Origin: Nemertoderma westbladi
Lineage: Eukaryota > Animalia > Xenacoelomorpha
Assembly: GCA_032718475.1 (NCBI GenBank)
Contig: JAUCBJ010003007.1
Coordinates: 30,127-94,126 of the forward strand
DNA: 64,000 bases
Reading direction: 5' to 3'
Below, in pieces: positions 62,401 through 64,000 of this stretch (positions are counted from its first letter, which is position 1; the number at the start of each line of letters is the position of its first letter). The notes beneath the pieces are model-generated. The model made no database searches, was not told where the DNA came from, and saw only the letters and a program-made list of their open reading frames with translations. The translations under genes and the position numbers were made by a program.

Positions 62401-63112
62401 AAAACCAACACAAAATAAATAATATAGTAAACTTTCATGTATACCATAGTAAATAACTAATTTAAAAATAAAGTTTGTAAAATAGATATTGATCCGGGGA
62501 ATTCACCGGCAGGACACATGGAAACGATTTTATTACTATGAAATACGCTGAAATATATTCTCACATTAACTCCCAAGGTTGCATACTATCACTATAGCCG
62601 GGAGAGTCAAAGCTAGAGTGTATGCTAGAGTTAACCAAGAGCTAGGAAAAAGAATAATGCTCTTCTAGGGTGCAAACTCACGACCTTCTAATTAGAAAAC
62701 TAAGCAAATGATCAGCTTGAAGGTCTTAGACCCTTAATCGGAGGCATCGAGCAGCCAATGAGAGAGCGGATGCGAGTACAGTGGTAAAGCCCATCCATAG
62801 TGAGATAGCGTTGCACTAGCTCTCAAGGATAGTTATACTCACCATTCAAATATCCCTCGCAAACCAGATTTCCCCATCATCTAAAGTATTCCACTTCAAA
62901 GTAAAATATATAATGCAATATAACTCGAATATTTCTGTTTTTATAATATAAATAATAATTGTAACATAAATTTATAATTTAACATAAATATGATGTGAAA
63001 ATTCACTTTAACTGTTTTTTATAATATAAATAATAATTGTAACATAAATTTATAATTTAACATAAATATAATGTGAAAATTCACTTTAACATAGAGTAAC
63101 TAAACTAAACAT

Positions 63113-63600
63113 GAAATAGGATAAACAGATGGTCATAAGTTCGACCCGTACTCGTATCCCGTTTTATGGAAAATATAAAAAGTATACATAGAATAACTAG
63201 AGTACCTAAACTAAACACAAAATAGGAAAAACAGCAGGTCACGGGCTCAATCCCTACTCGTATCCTGTTTTACGGAAAATATAAAAAGTAAACACAAAAT
63301 AGGATAAACCAGGGTTTGAATCCTAGTCATGAAAATATAAAAAGTAAACATAGAATAACTAGAGTACCTAAACTAAACACAAAATAGGATAAACAGATGG
63401 TCACAGGTTCGATCCCTAGTCGTATCCCGTTTTATGGAAAATAAACAGGAGGTCATAGGTTCAAGCCCTACTCGCGACCATTATAAAACCAACACAAAAT
63501 AAGTTAAACCCGGGTTCGAGTCCTACTAATGCAATTATAAAAAGTAGGAAAAACGGATGGTCACGGATTCAAACCCTACTAACGGAAAAATAAAAACCAA
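63113..63600 (+). promoter_or_regulatory. Array of tRNA T-arm/Pol III B-box-like motifs (copy 2, 7 units)
   Basis: AGTTCGACCC, GGCTCAATCC, GGTTTGAATCC, GGTTCGATCC, GGTTCAAGCC, GGTTCGAGTCC and GATTCAAACC spaced about 50-110 bp apart. Confidence 0.6.
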
Positions 63601-64000
63601 CACAAAATAAATAATATAGTAAACTTTCATGTATACCATAGCAAATAAACTAATTTAATAATAAAGTTTGTAAAATAGATAATGATCCGGGGAATTCACC
63701 GGAAGGACACATGGAAACGATTTTATTACTATGAAATACACTGAAATATGCACGTCCTATATATATTCTAATCGCGCAAAATAATTCGGGGGTATAGCTA
63801 ATAAATATTGCTTTATTATTAATTATATGATGTCCACATTTTTTCATTAATAATTTAAAATTAACACTTGGAAAAATAATAGTTCGTGTTTCGGTATTAA
63901 GTTTCAAATTTTGTAATTGCATCCCGATAGTCTGTTTTAAATAAAGCAATTCACTAGCTAAATTATTGCACAGGCCTACAATTGTTACTGCGCCGCTGGG

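Larger units (their letters stand above)
61396..63748. repeat. Imperfect tandem duplication, unit about 1.16-1.19 kb
   Basis: CTCACATTAACTCCCAAGG starts at 61396 and 62560. Block 62165-62556 recurs at about 63378-63748. The middles differ. Confidence 0.92.
54519..64000. mobile_element. Putative Maverick/Polinton-like large DNA element, left end, inserted in the Gypsy protease
   Basis: Gypsy homology stops abruptly at AGTAGTAG (Polinton-type terminal motif). It is followed by a structured, sub-repetitive terminal region with TGACCTTTGACCTTTGACCCC (55013-55033), intronless AT-rich ORFs and a C2H2 mini-ORF. No pPolB, integrase, ATPase or capsid gene is in the window, so the family call is inference. 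Confidence 0.5.

Noticed and set aside
62165-63600. Bona fide tRNA genes
   Set aside because: No acceptor 5' strand, D-arm or anticodon arm precedes the T-loop motifs.
63985-64000. Window-terminal CTGGG as a TIR matching CCCA at 54511
   Set aside because: 54511-54518 belongs to the Gypsy protease frame (AVGGN), the match is too short, and the window edge is arbitrary.

Overview
Eukaryotic (animal, probably invertebrate) genomic DNA. The host gene is the 3' half of a long-tailed class I myosin (MYO1E/F-like) on the + strand. Eight phase-consistent GT-AG exons (27906-50869) encode the end of the motor, IQ, TH1, TH2 and most of SH3; the last exon lies beyond the window. Almost everything else is intron filler. 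There are three large intron-specific satellites (50, 40 and 47 bp units) and a TTAA-flanked foldback element. There is an intact Mag-type Ty3/Gypsy element with only one LTR inside the 50-bp satellite, a BEL/Pao-derived ORF that encodes only an integrase, and three RTE-clade LINE insertions with (TAG)n tails and TSDs. A decayed second Gypsy is interrupted at 54519 by a large AT-rich element that looks like a Maverick/Polinton left end. That element carries a branched terminal hairpin, an orphan intronless gene and arrays of tRNA T-arm/Pol III B-box motifs. The most unusual signals are the tandem repeats nucleated at 5' splice sites, the B-box arrays, the integrase-only BEL ORF with a covarying hairpin pair downstream, and the single-LTR, PBS-less Gypsy. 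All calls were made by eye; no database searches were run.
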